A DNA stretch of 17,199 nucleotides from a virus (Duplodnaviria > Heunggongvirae > Uroviricota > Caudoviricetes): IMG/VR virus record IMGVR_UViG_2563366937_000009, one strand, 5' to 3'. The position numbers and the translations under genes are program-made. This document shows, in pieces, positions 1-7,760 of this stretch (position 1 is its first letter; each line of letters starts with the position of its first letter). The notes below the pieces were generated by a model that made no database searches, was not told where the DNA came from, and was given only the letters and a program-made list of their open reading frames with translations.

Positions 1-348
1 TTACGAATTACTACGGCGCTGTTGCTTTTCCGCATGTACGCGTTTCACTATCTTATAAATCCATTGCAGCGTCAGATTATATTTCTTCGCTAATTCGGCG
101 TAGTTGCGACCATCGCACTCGCTATAGATTTGGTAGTCACGCTCCGACGCCCGTCCGGAGATCCCTTTCGGGAAATAAATGCTTTGCCCACCCCAGTTAC
201 GCATCATTCGGTCGGCAATGGCAAAGCCCACATTTTCCGCCGATGAGCTGTCGAGATTGATGCTCTCAATCAGAACTTGCGATGCATGAAACGCCAGGTC
301 GTTAATGATCTCCGGTGTCCGGGCCATCTCTTTTGATTTTCGTATCAT
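1..348 (-). CDS. Mor-family (phage Mu Mor/C-like) transcriptional activator, complete, divergently oriented from the lysis/tail genes
   Basis: 115-aa ORF; C-terminal half (GGQSIYFPKG...RDYQIYSECDGRNYAELAKKYNLTLQWIYKIVKR) fits the Mor/C family pattern of a conserved G-x-x-IYIPK segment followed by a helix-turn-helix. GGAG sits about 7 nt upstream of the ATG on the - strand. The stop codon is at 1-3, so the gene is complete. Confidence 0.7.
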   Translation of the reverse strand: MIRKSKEMARTPEIINDLAFHASQVLIESINLDSSSAENVGFAIADRMMRNWGGQSIYFPKGISGRASERDYQIYSECDGRNYAELAKKYNLTLQWIYKIVKRVHAEKQQRRSNS

Positions 349-571
349 TTTTCATCTCCATATATCTTGCATCCTGTATAAGACCCGATGCGTGTAAAAC
401 CACGGATATACGCTAAGCAGTTGTCATTACTGCCACTCAATACATTCAACAAACAAATAAACAATCACCAAAAATATAAATTTTTAATATTAATGAACGT
501 CATAAATTCACAAAATAAATATATTGTTTGCGTTATGTTTCTTGTCAACTGGAGTATCATTTTACACGATG

Positions 572-587
572 CTGTATGTGCATACAG
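572..587. promoter_or_regulatory. LexA (SOS) operator, CTGT-N8-ACAG
   Basis: Sequence CTGTATGTGCATACAG, flanked to give tgCTGTATGTGCATACAGta. It matches the CTGT-N8-ACAG consensus and differs by one base within the 16-mer from the E. coli recA operator (CTGTATGAGCATACAG, quoted from memory). It lies in the divergent intergenic region between the Mor-like gene and the lysis cassette. Confidence 0.55.
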
Positions 588-885
588 TATTATTTTTACC
601 TGTAGTGTAAAAAGATCGTTTCCCTCACAGTCGCTGACTTTCTTAAACAAACTTTAAAAATCAAATGACTATGGACTATTCCTACGATTCACCGTCCTCT
701 TTTCCCTACATAATGACGCGCTTATTCTCCAGGACACCTTTTGCTCTTTTATTAATGGGTGGATTTATTAGCAAGCATGTTCATTTATAGAGGATCTATT
801 TTTTAAAGTTATTTATTAAAGCTTTTTTCATTCTTCACTGGAGGGATCTGGCGACACTAAACGCTCACTTATCAGGAGATATCGT

Positions 886-1173
886 ATGAAAAAAGTCACT
901 TTTCCCCGTCTTTCCGGCTGGCTGGTCGCTTCCGTCGCGCTGTTTGTCGCGATCGGCTGGACATCTTCCGCACAGATCCCGGTTGTCATTTATAAACTAA
1001 GTCTGGTTTCGCTCGCCGCTGTGCTGGGATACTGGCTCGATCGCAGTCTGTTTCCCTGGGCGCGGCCTGACTCATTTTGCCCCTGGGAAGAGGCGCGATG
1101 CTGCGCGGCGGCAATGATTCGTCGGGCTATCATCGTTGCAGCCGTCTGCCTTTCCGTCGCGTTAGGACTTTAG
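886..1173 (+). CDS. small membrane protein with three predicted hydrophobic segments; putative holin
   Basis: 95 aa with hydrophobic stretches LSGWLVASVALFVAIGW, VVIYKLSLVSLAAVLGYWL and AIIVAAVCLSVALGL. AGGAG lies 7 nt upstream of the ATG. Its stop is 2 nt before the endolysin start. The holin call rests on position and topology only. Confidence 0.45.
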   Translation: MKKVTFPRLSGWLVASVALFVAIGWTSSAQIPVVIYKLSLVSLAAVLGYWLDRSLFPWARPDSFCPWEEARCCAAAMIRRAIIVAAVCLSVALGL

Positions 1174-1175
1174 TG

Positions 1176-1781
1176 ATGCAGGTAAAATTTCTCGCGCTAA
1201 TTACTCTGTTCGCGTTCTTCCCGCTTAACGCATCTGAACCACCGCGAGCATCTCTGGCATGGCGAAACGAACTGATTCGAACTGCACGAGAAGTCTGGGG
1301 ACTGAACGCCCCGGTGGCAGACTTCGCCGGGCAGTTGCACCAGGAATCAGCCTGGCAGCCAATGGCGCGTTCCCCCGTCGGCGCACAGGGTATGGCGCAA
1401 TTTATGCCTGCCACAGCGACATGGATAAGCCAGTTGTATCCACAGCTACGTGAAAACAAGCCCTATAACCCAACCTGGGCGATTCGCGCATTGGTGCAAT
1501 ATGACCAGCATTTGTGGAAAAACATCTCGGCGAAAAATGGCTGCCAGCGTATGGCGTTTACCCTAAGCGCCTATAACGGTGGTCAGGGATGGGTTAATCG
1601 GGATAAAAAACTGGCCGCATCCAAAGGGTTAGATGCCACCATCTGGTTTGGTCATGTTGAGCACGTCAACGCCGGGCGTAGTGCCGCAAACTGGCGAGAA
1701 AATCGTCACTATCCGAAGATGATCCTCTATCAACATGCCGCCCGCTACTTACTCTGGGGGCAGGCAAGCTGTCTTCACTAA
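1176..1781 (+). CDS. lytic transglycosylase (SLT-domain) endolysin with N-terminal signal peptide or signal-anchor
   Basis: The track ORF 1077-1781 runs through the upstream gene, so the start is set at the ATG at 1176 (GTG at 1174 is an alternative). N-terminus MQVKFLALITLFAFFPLNA is signal-like. The LHQESAWQP...GAQGMAQFMP segment resembles the family-1 lytic transglycosylase catalytic Glu-Ser motif. Confidence 0.75.
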   Translation: MQVKFLALITLFAFFPLNASEPPRASLAWRNELIRTAREVWGLNAPVADFAGQLHQESAWQPMARSPVGAQGMAQFMPATATWISQLYPQLRENKPYNPTWAIRALVQYDQHLWKNISAKNGCQRMAFTLSAYNGGQGWVNRDKKLAASKGLDATIWFGHVEHVNAGRSAANWRENRHYPKMILYQHAARYLLWGQASCLH

Positions 1782-1793
1782 TCAGAGGGGCCG

Positions 1794-2108
1794 ATGAAAC
1801 TCAGTATCGATTTTTGGGAAGTGATCTCCCTTATGCTTTCCTTCGTTGGATTAATGTTTGCTGCCGGAAAATTGCTGTTAGCGCAAATTGAAAAAAGACT
1901 TAATGAGCGTTTTGAATCTCTGGAAAACGCGCGCCGGGAATCAGAAACAAGCTGGTCGAAACTGGAAAGAGAATTTCTCGAATTTCGTGCCGAGCTTCCG
2001 CTGCATTATGTCCGCAGAGAAGATTATCTTCGTGGCCAGGCAGTATTAGAAGCAAAGCTGGATGCCTTATATAGCAAAATAGAGCTATTACAACGTGGCA
2101 GCTATTAA
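1794..2108 (+). CDS. membrane-anchored coiled-coil protein; possible i-spanin-like lysis accessory protein
   Basis: 104 aa with an N-terminal hydrophobic segment (ISLMLSFVGLMFAAGKLLLA) followed by a charged, helical region. GAGGGG RBS. It sits immediately after the endolysin. No embedded lipoprotein (o-spanin) ORF was seen. Confidence 0.4.
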   Translation: MKLSIDFWEVISLMLSFVGLMFAAGKLLLAQIEKRLNERFESLENARRESETSWSKLEREFLEFRAELPLHYVRREDYLRGQAVLEAKLDALYSKIELLQRGSY

Positions 2109-2113
2109 ATACA

Positions 2114-2146
2114 TCCCCACCTTTACATAAGTGTGGGGATTTTTTA
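2114..2146 (+). terminator. intrinsic terminator after the lysis cassette
   Basis: 7-bp stem TCCCCAC (2114-2120) pairs with GTGGGGA (2133-2139) around a 12-nt loop, followed by TTTTTTA. Confidence 0.6.
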
Positions 2147-2254
2147 TAGCCATTCAATTTTTTCTCTAAATCACATTAAAAGATTCTTCACCTTCACTGC
2201 TTCAGAATACATTTCAACGATAACGAAGTGAGCAGTAATTAAGGAACACCCTAT

Positions 2255-2710
2255 ATGGAAATTTTATCTGTAATTAATTCTGTTGTGACCAGATTACGTG
2301 AACAGAATCCCGAAATGGACGTATTTATTTCATCGGTTGATGCCAATAAATATATTCCGCAGACGCAGCAAGTTACAGTGATTATTAATTATAGCGGTTC
2401 TCTATTTGCCATGCCTGAAAGCAGTGATGCCCTCGTGCAACAGCAAACGCTCCGTTTAACTGCCACCGTTATTGTTGGCAAAAATTGTGACGCGTTAAAC
2501 GCACTGGATCGCATACGCAGCGCACTGGGGGGGATCCAGCTTCCTGATTGCGAGCGTCTTCTTTGGCTTGAAACAGAAATCAATGCAGGCAAGAGCGGTG
2601 GTTTCTGCCGCTACATCCTGGAAATGGCGACCAGATCGCTGTTTATCGCAAAACGGGAAAGCACGGACCTTACCCTGCTTACTGAAGTTAATTACGAGGA
2701 AACTGAATGA
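2255..2710 (+). CDS. conserved tail-module protein directly upstream of the sheath gene (Mu gp37-like position); function unknown
   Basis: 151-aa ORF with an AAGGAA RBS. Its stop overlaps the next start (ATGA at 2707-2710). Assignment is by position in the Mu gene order, not by a recognised motif. Confidence 0.45.
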   Translation: MEILSVINSVVTRLREQNPEMDVFISSVDANKYIPQTQQVTVIINYSGSLFAMPESSDALVQQQTLRLTATVIVGKNCDALNALDRIRSALGGIQLPDCERLLWLETEINAGKSGGFCRYILEMATRSLFIAKRESTDLTLLTEVNYEETE

Positions 2711-2904
2711 AATACATCTACAACGGCCCGGCAAGCGGCGTCACCCTTGCCGACGGACAAGAAATCTTATTGTGGCCGAACAGTGAAATTGATCTGCCAG
2801 AAGAAAACGAGTGGGTTATGACCATGATTGCCCGCAATCACCTGACTCCTGTCATCACTCAGGAAGAACAAAATAACGGAGAGGAAATTGTACATGGCAG
2901 CTAA
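2707..2904 (+). CDS. small tail-module protein (Mu gp38-like position)
   Basis: 65-aa acidic ORF, translationally coupled to the upstream gene and overlapping the sheath start. Confidence 0.4.
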   Translation: MKYIYNGPASGVTLADGQEILLWPNSEIDLPEENEWVMTMIARNHLTPVITQEEQNNGEEIVHGS

Positions 2905-4318
2905 TTACCTGCACGGTGTAGAAACCATTGAAATTGAAACCGGTCCGCGCCCGGTTAAAGCGGTAAAATCCGCTGTAATCGCTTTAATCGGTAGTGCACC
3001 ATGCGGTCCGGTAAACAAACCAACATTGTGCCTTTCTGAAAGCGATGCCGCGCAGTTTGGCTCGACTCAGGCTAACTTTACTATCCCGCAGGCGCTGAAG
3101 GCGATTTATGACCACGGCGCCGGTACGGTGGTGGTGATTAACGTACTGGATCCGGCAAAACATGGCTCCAGCATCAGCAATGAGAGTATCACTTTTGATT
3201 CCAACAACCAGGCAAAACTGGCTCATCGTGCGGTGCGCAATGTCGTCCTGAAACCCTCTTCAACATCAGCCACTACGTATAGCAGCGCAGCGTTTCATGT
3301 TGATGAACAAACAGGAATAATCACTCGTGCAGAAACTGAGATCCCTGCCGGAGCGAAAGTTTGCGCCTATTACTCATGGGCCGATCCAACAAAAGTTACC
3401 GCAGCCGATATTATTGGCGCCGTTAATACCGCAGGCGATCGCACGGGGATGAAACTGCTACAGGATACCTATAACCTGTATGGTTTCTACGCCAAAATCC
3501 TGCTTGCTCCCGTTTTCTGTACGCAAAAATCGGTCACCACCGAACTGATTGCTCAGGCGGAAAAACTCGGTGCTATCGCCTACATTGACGCCCCAATCGG
3601 TACTACATTCCAGCAGGTACTGGCTGGTCGCGGCTCGAAAGGCGCAATCAACTTCAACACCAGTTCTGACCGTGCGCGTTTGTGCTATCCGCACGTCAAA
3701 GTTTATGACGGCTCAACCAACCAGGAAGTTCTCGAACCGCTATCTTCACGCGCTGCCGGACTGCGTGCCAAAGTAGACCTGGAGAAAGGTTTCTGGTGGA
3801 GCAACTCAAACCAGGAAATTCAGGGCATTATCGGTATCGAACGTTCACTTTCCGCAATGGTTGATGACCCGCAAAGTGAAGTGAATCAGCTCAACGAAAA
3901 CGGCATTACCACTGTTTTCAATAGTTACGGCTCTGGTCTGCGTTTATGGGGCAACCGCACTGCGGCATGGCCAACCGTGACCCATATGCGTAACTTTGAA
4001 AACGTTCGCCGCACGGGTGATGTGATTAACGAGTCGATCCGTTATTTCAGCCAGCAGTATATCGATATGCCGATTAATCAGGCACTAATTGATGCCCTGA
4101 CCGAGTCGGTAAATACCTGGGGCCGTAAGCTGATTGCCGACGGCGCACTGCTTGGCTTTGAGTGCTGGTACGATCCGGCGCGAAATTCACCGACCGAACT
4201 CAGTGCCGGGCATTTATTGCTGAGCTATAAATTCACCCCGCCACCGCCGCTGGAACGTCTGACGTTTGAAACTGAAATTACCTCTGAATATTTAGTCTCT
4301 CTGGAGAGCAATAGCTAA
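2894..4318 (+). CDS. contractile tail sheath protein (P2 FI / Mu L-like)
   Basis: About 474 aa. Start placed at the ATG at 2894, which has a GGAGAGG RBS (the track start at 2888 is an alternative). The C-terminal YGSGLRLWGNRTAAWP segment is the sheath-family G-x-R-x-WG-x-RT signature. A tube gene follows immediately. Confidence 0.88.
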   Translation: MAANYLHGVETIEIETGPRPVKAVKSAVIALIGSAPCGPVNKPTLCLSESDAAQFGSTQANFTIPQALKAIYDHGAGTVVVINVLDPAKHGSSISNESITFDSNNQAKLAHRAVRNVVLKPSSTSATTYSSAAFHVDEQTGIITRAETEIPAGAKVCAYYSWADPTKVTAADIIGAVNTAGDRTGMKLLQDTYNLYGFYAKILLAPVFCTQKSVTTELIAQAEKLGAIAYIDAPIGTTFQQVLAGRGSKGAINFNTSSDRARLCYPHVKVYDGSTNQEVLEPLSSRAAGLRAKVDLEKGFWWSNSNQEIQGIIGIERSLSAMVDDPQSEVNQLNENGITTVFNSYGSGLRLWGNRTAAWPTVTHMRNFENVRRTGDVINESIRYFSQQYIDMPINQALIDALTESVNTWGRKLIADGALLGFECWYDPARNSPTELSAGHLLLSYKFTPPPPLERLTFETEITSEYLVSLESNS

Positions 4319-4842
4319 TGGCTGGAAAAATTCAAATTAACCGTATTACCAATGCCAATATTTATCTCGATGGTAATAACCTTTTAGGTCGTGCAACCGA
4401 AATTAAATTACCGGATGTCAGTTTAATTATGCAGGAGCATAAAGCACTGGGCATGGTCGGCAAAATCGAACTCCCGGCAGGTTTCGATAAACTGGAAGGG
4501 GAAATTAAATGGAACTCCTTTTATCAAGACGTCATGCGTAAAACGGCAAACCCGTGGCAGGCGGTAGCATTACAGTGCCGCTCCAGTATTGATTGCTATA
4601 ACTCCCAGGGGAAAGCGAATCAATTAGCGTTAGTCACTCATTTGACTGTTATGTTTAAAAAGAATCCATTGGGAACATTTAAACAGAATGAAAACCCGGA
4701 ATTCAGCAGCGCCTTTGGTTGTACCTATATTAAACAGGTGGTCGATGGTGAAACACTACTGGAACTGGATTACCTGGCGAATATTTTCCGCGTTAACGGC
4801 GTGGATCAATTAAGTACCTATCGCAATAACATCGGTGGCTAA
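4318..4842 (+). CDS. tail tube protein (P2 FII / Mu M-like)
   Basis: 174 aa. Start overlaps the sheath stop (TAATG). Size and position are as expected for the tube gene downstream of the sheath. Confidence 0.8.
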   Translation: MAGKIQINRITNANIYLDGNNLLGRATEIKLPDVSLIMQEHKALGMVGKIELPAGFDKLEGEIKWNSFYQDVMRKTANPWQAVALQCRSSIDCYNSQGKANQLALVTHLTVMFKKNPLGTFKQNENPEFSSAFGCTYIKQVVDGETLLELDYLANIFRVNGVDQLSTYRNNIGG

Positions 4843-4847
4843 GTTAT

Positions 4848-4868
4848 TCGGGGCTACGGCCCCGATTT
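4848..4868 (+). other. GC-rich stem-loop just downstream of the tube gene
   Basis: TCGGGGC (4848-4854) pairs with GCCCCGA (4859-4865) around a TACG loop, followed by TTTCC. It may act as a partial terminator or mRNA stabiliser. Confidence 0.35.
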
Positions 4869-4892
4869 CCGCATGACCAATAAGGATACAAA

Positions 4893-5210
4893 ATGAAAGA
4901 ACATTATACCTTACAGTTCCCGTTTACTTCAGCGGCGGGAGACGTAATTAACACTCTGCAATTACGTCGCCTGAAAGTAAAAGATATGCGCAACGCGCGC
5001 CGGATCAGCGAAAAACCAGAAGAATGGGATGAACCGCTAATGGCTGCAATGACCGGACTGGTGCCAGAAGATTTAGCTGAAATGGATTTGCTGGATTACC
5101 AGGCATTGCAGAAACGATTTCAATCCATGCTTAGCGTGGCTACAGAATCCGCCACTGTTATGGCAAGCGATGGCGTTACTGGCGAGATGGTTTCGCTTTC
5201 CGCCCAGTGA
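4893..5210 (+). CDS. tail assembly chaperone (P2 gpE / Mu gp41-like)
   Basis: 105-aa acidic protein between the tube and tape-measure genes, the conserved chaperone position. An overlapping +1-frame extension is open to 5298. Confidence 0.65.
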   Translation: MKEHYTLQFPFTSAAGDVINTLQLRRLKVKDMRNARRISEKPEEWDEPLMAAMTGLVPEDLAEMDLLDYQALQKRFQSMLSVATESATVMASDGVTGEMVSLSAQ

Positions 5211-5399
5211 GATAGACGCCCTTACCGTCGATGACTTTAGCAACTGGCTGGATGAAGCCAACGCCCAAATAAAAATCGAATATGACTCGCAGACCTGATG
5301 TCTGCGAGTTTCCCAAGCCCGTCAGGTTTATTTCTTCCCTGCCCTTTTTTTTAGAAAAATAACCAGCGGGCCATTATCAATATTTAAAGAGAAACAATT

Positions 5400-7760
5400 T
5401 TGGCCAACGATATTATTACCCAGCTTCAGGCGCGTAATGAGACGTTGACGCAGGCAATAGCCCGTTACGGCTCACTCAACGCCAGAACATTGTTAACTCT
5501 CTCTACTCAGCAAGCGACAGTTATCAAACTAACGCAGCGACTTGCCGATTCCGCTCTCCGCCTGGAGGAAAATAGCCGCAGCCGCGCTAATCTGATGGAG
5601 AAAACCCAAACATTTGCCGGGCAATTTAGCAAAGTATTCAATGTTGAAGCCCCCGACTGGAAGTTGCCGTATGAGTTTCAGGACAATATGGTCAATATGG
5701 CGACCAAAGGTGGGATGAGTGATGCCACTCGCGAGACGCTCAGCCTTAATCTGCGCGACTGGAGTATGGATTTTAACCAGCAGCAGACCACGTTACAGTC
5801 CGCCGCTCTGACCTTAGTTGAAGGCAACATATCGTCCTTGCAGGATCTCAACCGCTATATGCCGGAGATCGCCAAAGCCGCCACCGCCACGCGCGACAGC
5901 GCCGAAACATGGGCGAAAGCCGCGCTCGCGACTCATGATCGACTGAATATTGCCCCGGAAAATTTCCACGCTGCGCAAAACATGATGTACAGCGTTACCA
6001 AAAGCGGTGGGCCTGCCATTGCCGAACAAACGCAGTGGATAGAGAAATTTGCAGGTAAAACCGGCGCTCAGGGTCTGGAAGGTATGGCTGAACTGACCGC
6101 CACCATGCAGATCGCCATGAAAAACGGTGCCAGCGCCAGTGCAGCGGCGGAGAATTTCGACCATTTTCTACAAACCACATTTTCGAAAAAAACCGATAAC
6201 TGGTTCGCCAGCCAGGGCGTCGATCTGCAAGGTTCTCTGCTGGAGCATCAGCAAAACGGTATGGGTGTTAGCGAAGCTATGACTCATATCGTGCAAATGC
6301 AGCTTGAGAAGATGAATCCGGCGATCCTCGATACCTTCAAACGCACCATGCAGATTGAAGATTTATCTGCCCGCAGCAATGCGCTGCAATCGATGGTGAC
6401 GCAGTTTAATCTGGGCGAAATGTTCGGCGATGCGCAAACGGTGGAATTCCTGGCCCCTATGCTGGCGAACATGGAAGAGTATCGCCAGCTAAAAGCCTCT
6501 GCCATGCAAGCCACCAGCAAGAATCTGATTGATGCCGACTTTTCTGCGCAAATGGCTTCGCCCATTGAACAGACTAAAGCGTTACAACTGGCGTTAAATG
6601 ATTTATGGCTCAGCATTGGCTTGCAGCTTATGCCGGCGATTGGCGAGCTGGCGCAAAGCCTTGCGCCGGTTATTCGCCAGTTCAGCGCCTGGCTACGCGA
6701 ACACCCGGCACTAGTGCAAAACATTGCGAAAATCGTCGGGGCGATTTGGCTGTTTAACGGTGCGCTGAATGTTTTAAAGCTGGGCGCGAACTTCATCGCC
6801 TCGCCGTTTATTCGTCTGGTCGATATCTTCCTGAAAGTCAGGGCAAGTCTGGCGCTCGGAGGCGCAGCGAGTAAGGTGCTATCGGCGGTTAAGTCATTGG
6901 GTGGCGGCGCAAAATGGCTAACGCAACTGCTTGGTCGTGGCCTGAGCGGAGCATTGAAACTGGTTGGTCGGACCGTTCTCTCACTAGGCCGGGTGCTACT
7001 GATGAATCCCATTGGTCTGGTCATCACTGCGATTGCGGGCGCGGCTTATCTGATTTATCGCAACTGGGAACCTATCACCAGGTTCTTTTCCGCCATCTGG
7101 AAACGTATTACCACGGCCTTTGACGGTGGCATTGCAGGTATTAGCCGGTTGATTCTCGACTGGTCGCCACTGGGGCTGTTCTACAGCGCCTTTTCCGGTG
7201 TGATGAATTGGTTTGGTGTTGAGATGCCTGCGAGTTTTAGCGAGTTCGGCAGCAATATACTGGGTAGCCTGGCCGACGGCATAATGAATGCTTTCCCCGC
7301 TCTGAAAGGCATTATTGATCAGGTCAAAAACGCCATGCCAGACTGGCTAAAAGCCACAATGGGGATCGGCACAGAAGCATCGGCTGCGACTGTTACAGGC
7401 ACGACTAATACCGCATCAGTCTCCCCCGCGACCGTTGTTCCAGGCGTTGCCGGTGCGCTTTTAACGCCGCCTGTGGGCAAACAACTCGCGCCATCCAGCA
7501 AAACGACAACGCCGTCATCGGCGCCAGTGGCAAAACCCGCGTCGGCCTCTTTACCAAGTAAATCCGTAACCAAACCGGCGACGCTACCCTCCCGTTCCCC
7601 AGGAAAAGTCCAGGTGAATTTTTCGCCACAAATTACCGTGCAGGGTAACGGACAAAACACCACTAAAGACATTCAGAACGTGTTGACGATGAGTAAACGC
7701 GAACTGGAAAGAATGATTAACGACGTAATGGCGCAGCAACAGCGCCGGGGGTATGCCTGA
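5400..7760 (+). CDS. tail tape measure protein
   Basis: 786 aa. Apparent TTG start at 5400, with an in-frame stop at 5385-5387 and AAGAGA upstream. Long helical N-terminal region, hydrophobic Gly/Ala/Leu-rich central region and a Pro/Ser/Thr/Ala/Lys-rich C-terminal linker. Sits at the canonical position after the chaperone. Confidence 0.85.
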   Translation: MANDIITQLQARNETLTQAIARYGSLNARTLLTLSTQQATVIKLTQRLADSALRLEENSRSRANLMEKTQTFAGQFSKVFNVEAPDWKLPYEFQDNMVNMATKGGMSDATRETLSLNLRDWSMDFNQQQTTLQSAALTLVEGNISSLQDLNRYMPEIAKAATATRDSAETWAKAALATHDRLNIAPENFHAAQNMMYSVTKSGGPAIAEQTQWIEKFAGKTGAQGLEGMAELTATMQIAMKNGASASAAAENFDHFLQTTFSKKTDNWFASQGVDLQGSLLEHQQNGMGVSEAMTHIVQMQLEKMNPAILDTFKRTMQIEDLSARSNALQSMVTQFNLGEMFGDAQTVEFLAPMLANMEEYRQLKASAMQATSKNLIDADFSAQMASPIEQTKALQLALNDLWLSIGLQLMPAIGELAQSLAPVIRQFSAWLREHPALVQNIAKIVGAIWLFNGALNVLKLGANFIASPFIRLVDIFLKVRASLALGGAASKVLSAVKSLGGGAKWLTQLLGRGLSGALKLVGRTVLSLGRVLLMNPIGLVITAIAGAAYLIYRNWEPITRFFSAIWKRITTAFDGGIAGISRLILDWSPLGLFYSAFSGVMNWFGVEMPASFSEFGSNILGSLADGIMNAFPALKGIIDQVKNAMPDWLKATMGIGTEASAATVTGTTNTASVSPATVVPGVAGALLTPPVGKQLAPSSKTTTPSSAPVAKPASASLPSKSVTKPATLPSRSPGKVQVNFSPQITVQGNGQNTTKDIQNVLTMSKRELERMINDVMAQQQRRGYA

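Noticed and set aside
388-657. 89-aa + strand ORF, and the overlapping 61-aa - strand ORF at 465-650, in the regulatory region
   Set aside because: Very AT-rich, low-complexity translation with no ribosome-binding site, lying in a divergent promoter region that holds the LexA box. Most likely non-coding.
1077-1175. Upstream extension of the endolysin ORF (track start at 1077)
   Set aside because: It would overlap the holin-like gene by 97 nt in another frame. The ATG at 1176 gives a typical signal-peptide N-terminus and tight gene spacing.
1130-1459. 109-aa - strand ORF, and the 64-aa + strand ORF at 1259-1453, inside the endolysin gene
   Set aside because: Alternative-frame or antisense ORFs within a well-supported coding region, Arg/Gly-rich as expected for GC-rich off-frames.
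5150-5215. Canonical -1 programmed frameshift at the 3' end of the chaperone gene
   Set aside because: The -1 frame has a stop at 5213-5215, so a -1 shift cannot extend the protein. Only the +1 frame stays open.
6284-7027. 247-aa - strand ORF antisense to the tape measure gene
   Set aside because: Ser/Arg/Ala/Cys-rich translation typical of an antisense frame. The + strand tape measure gene is strongly supported.
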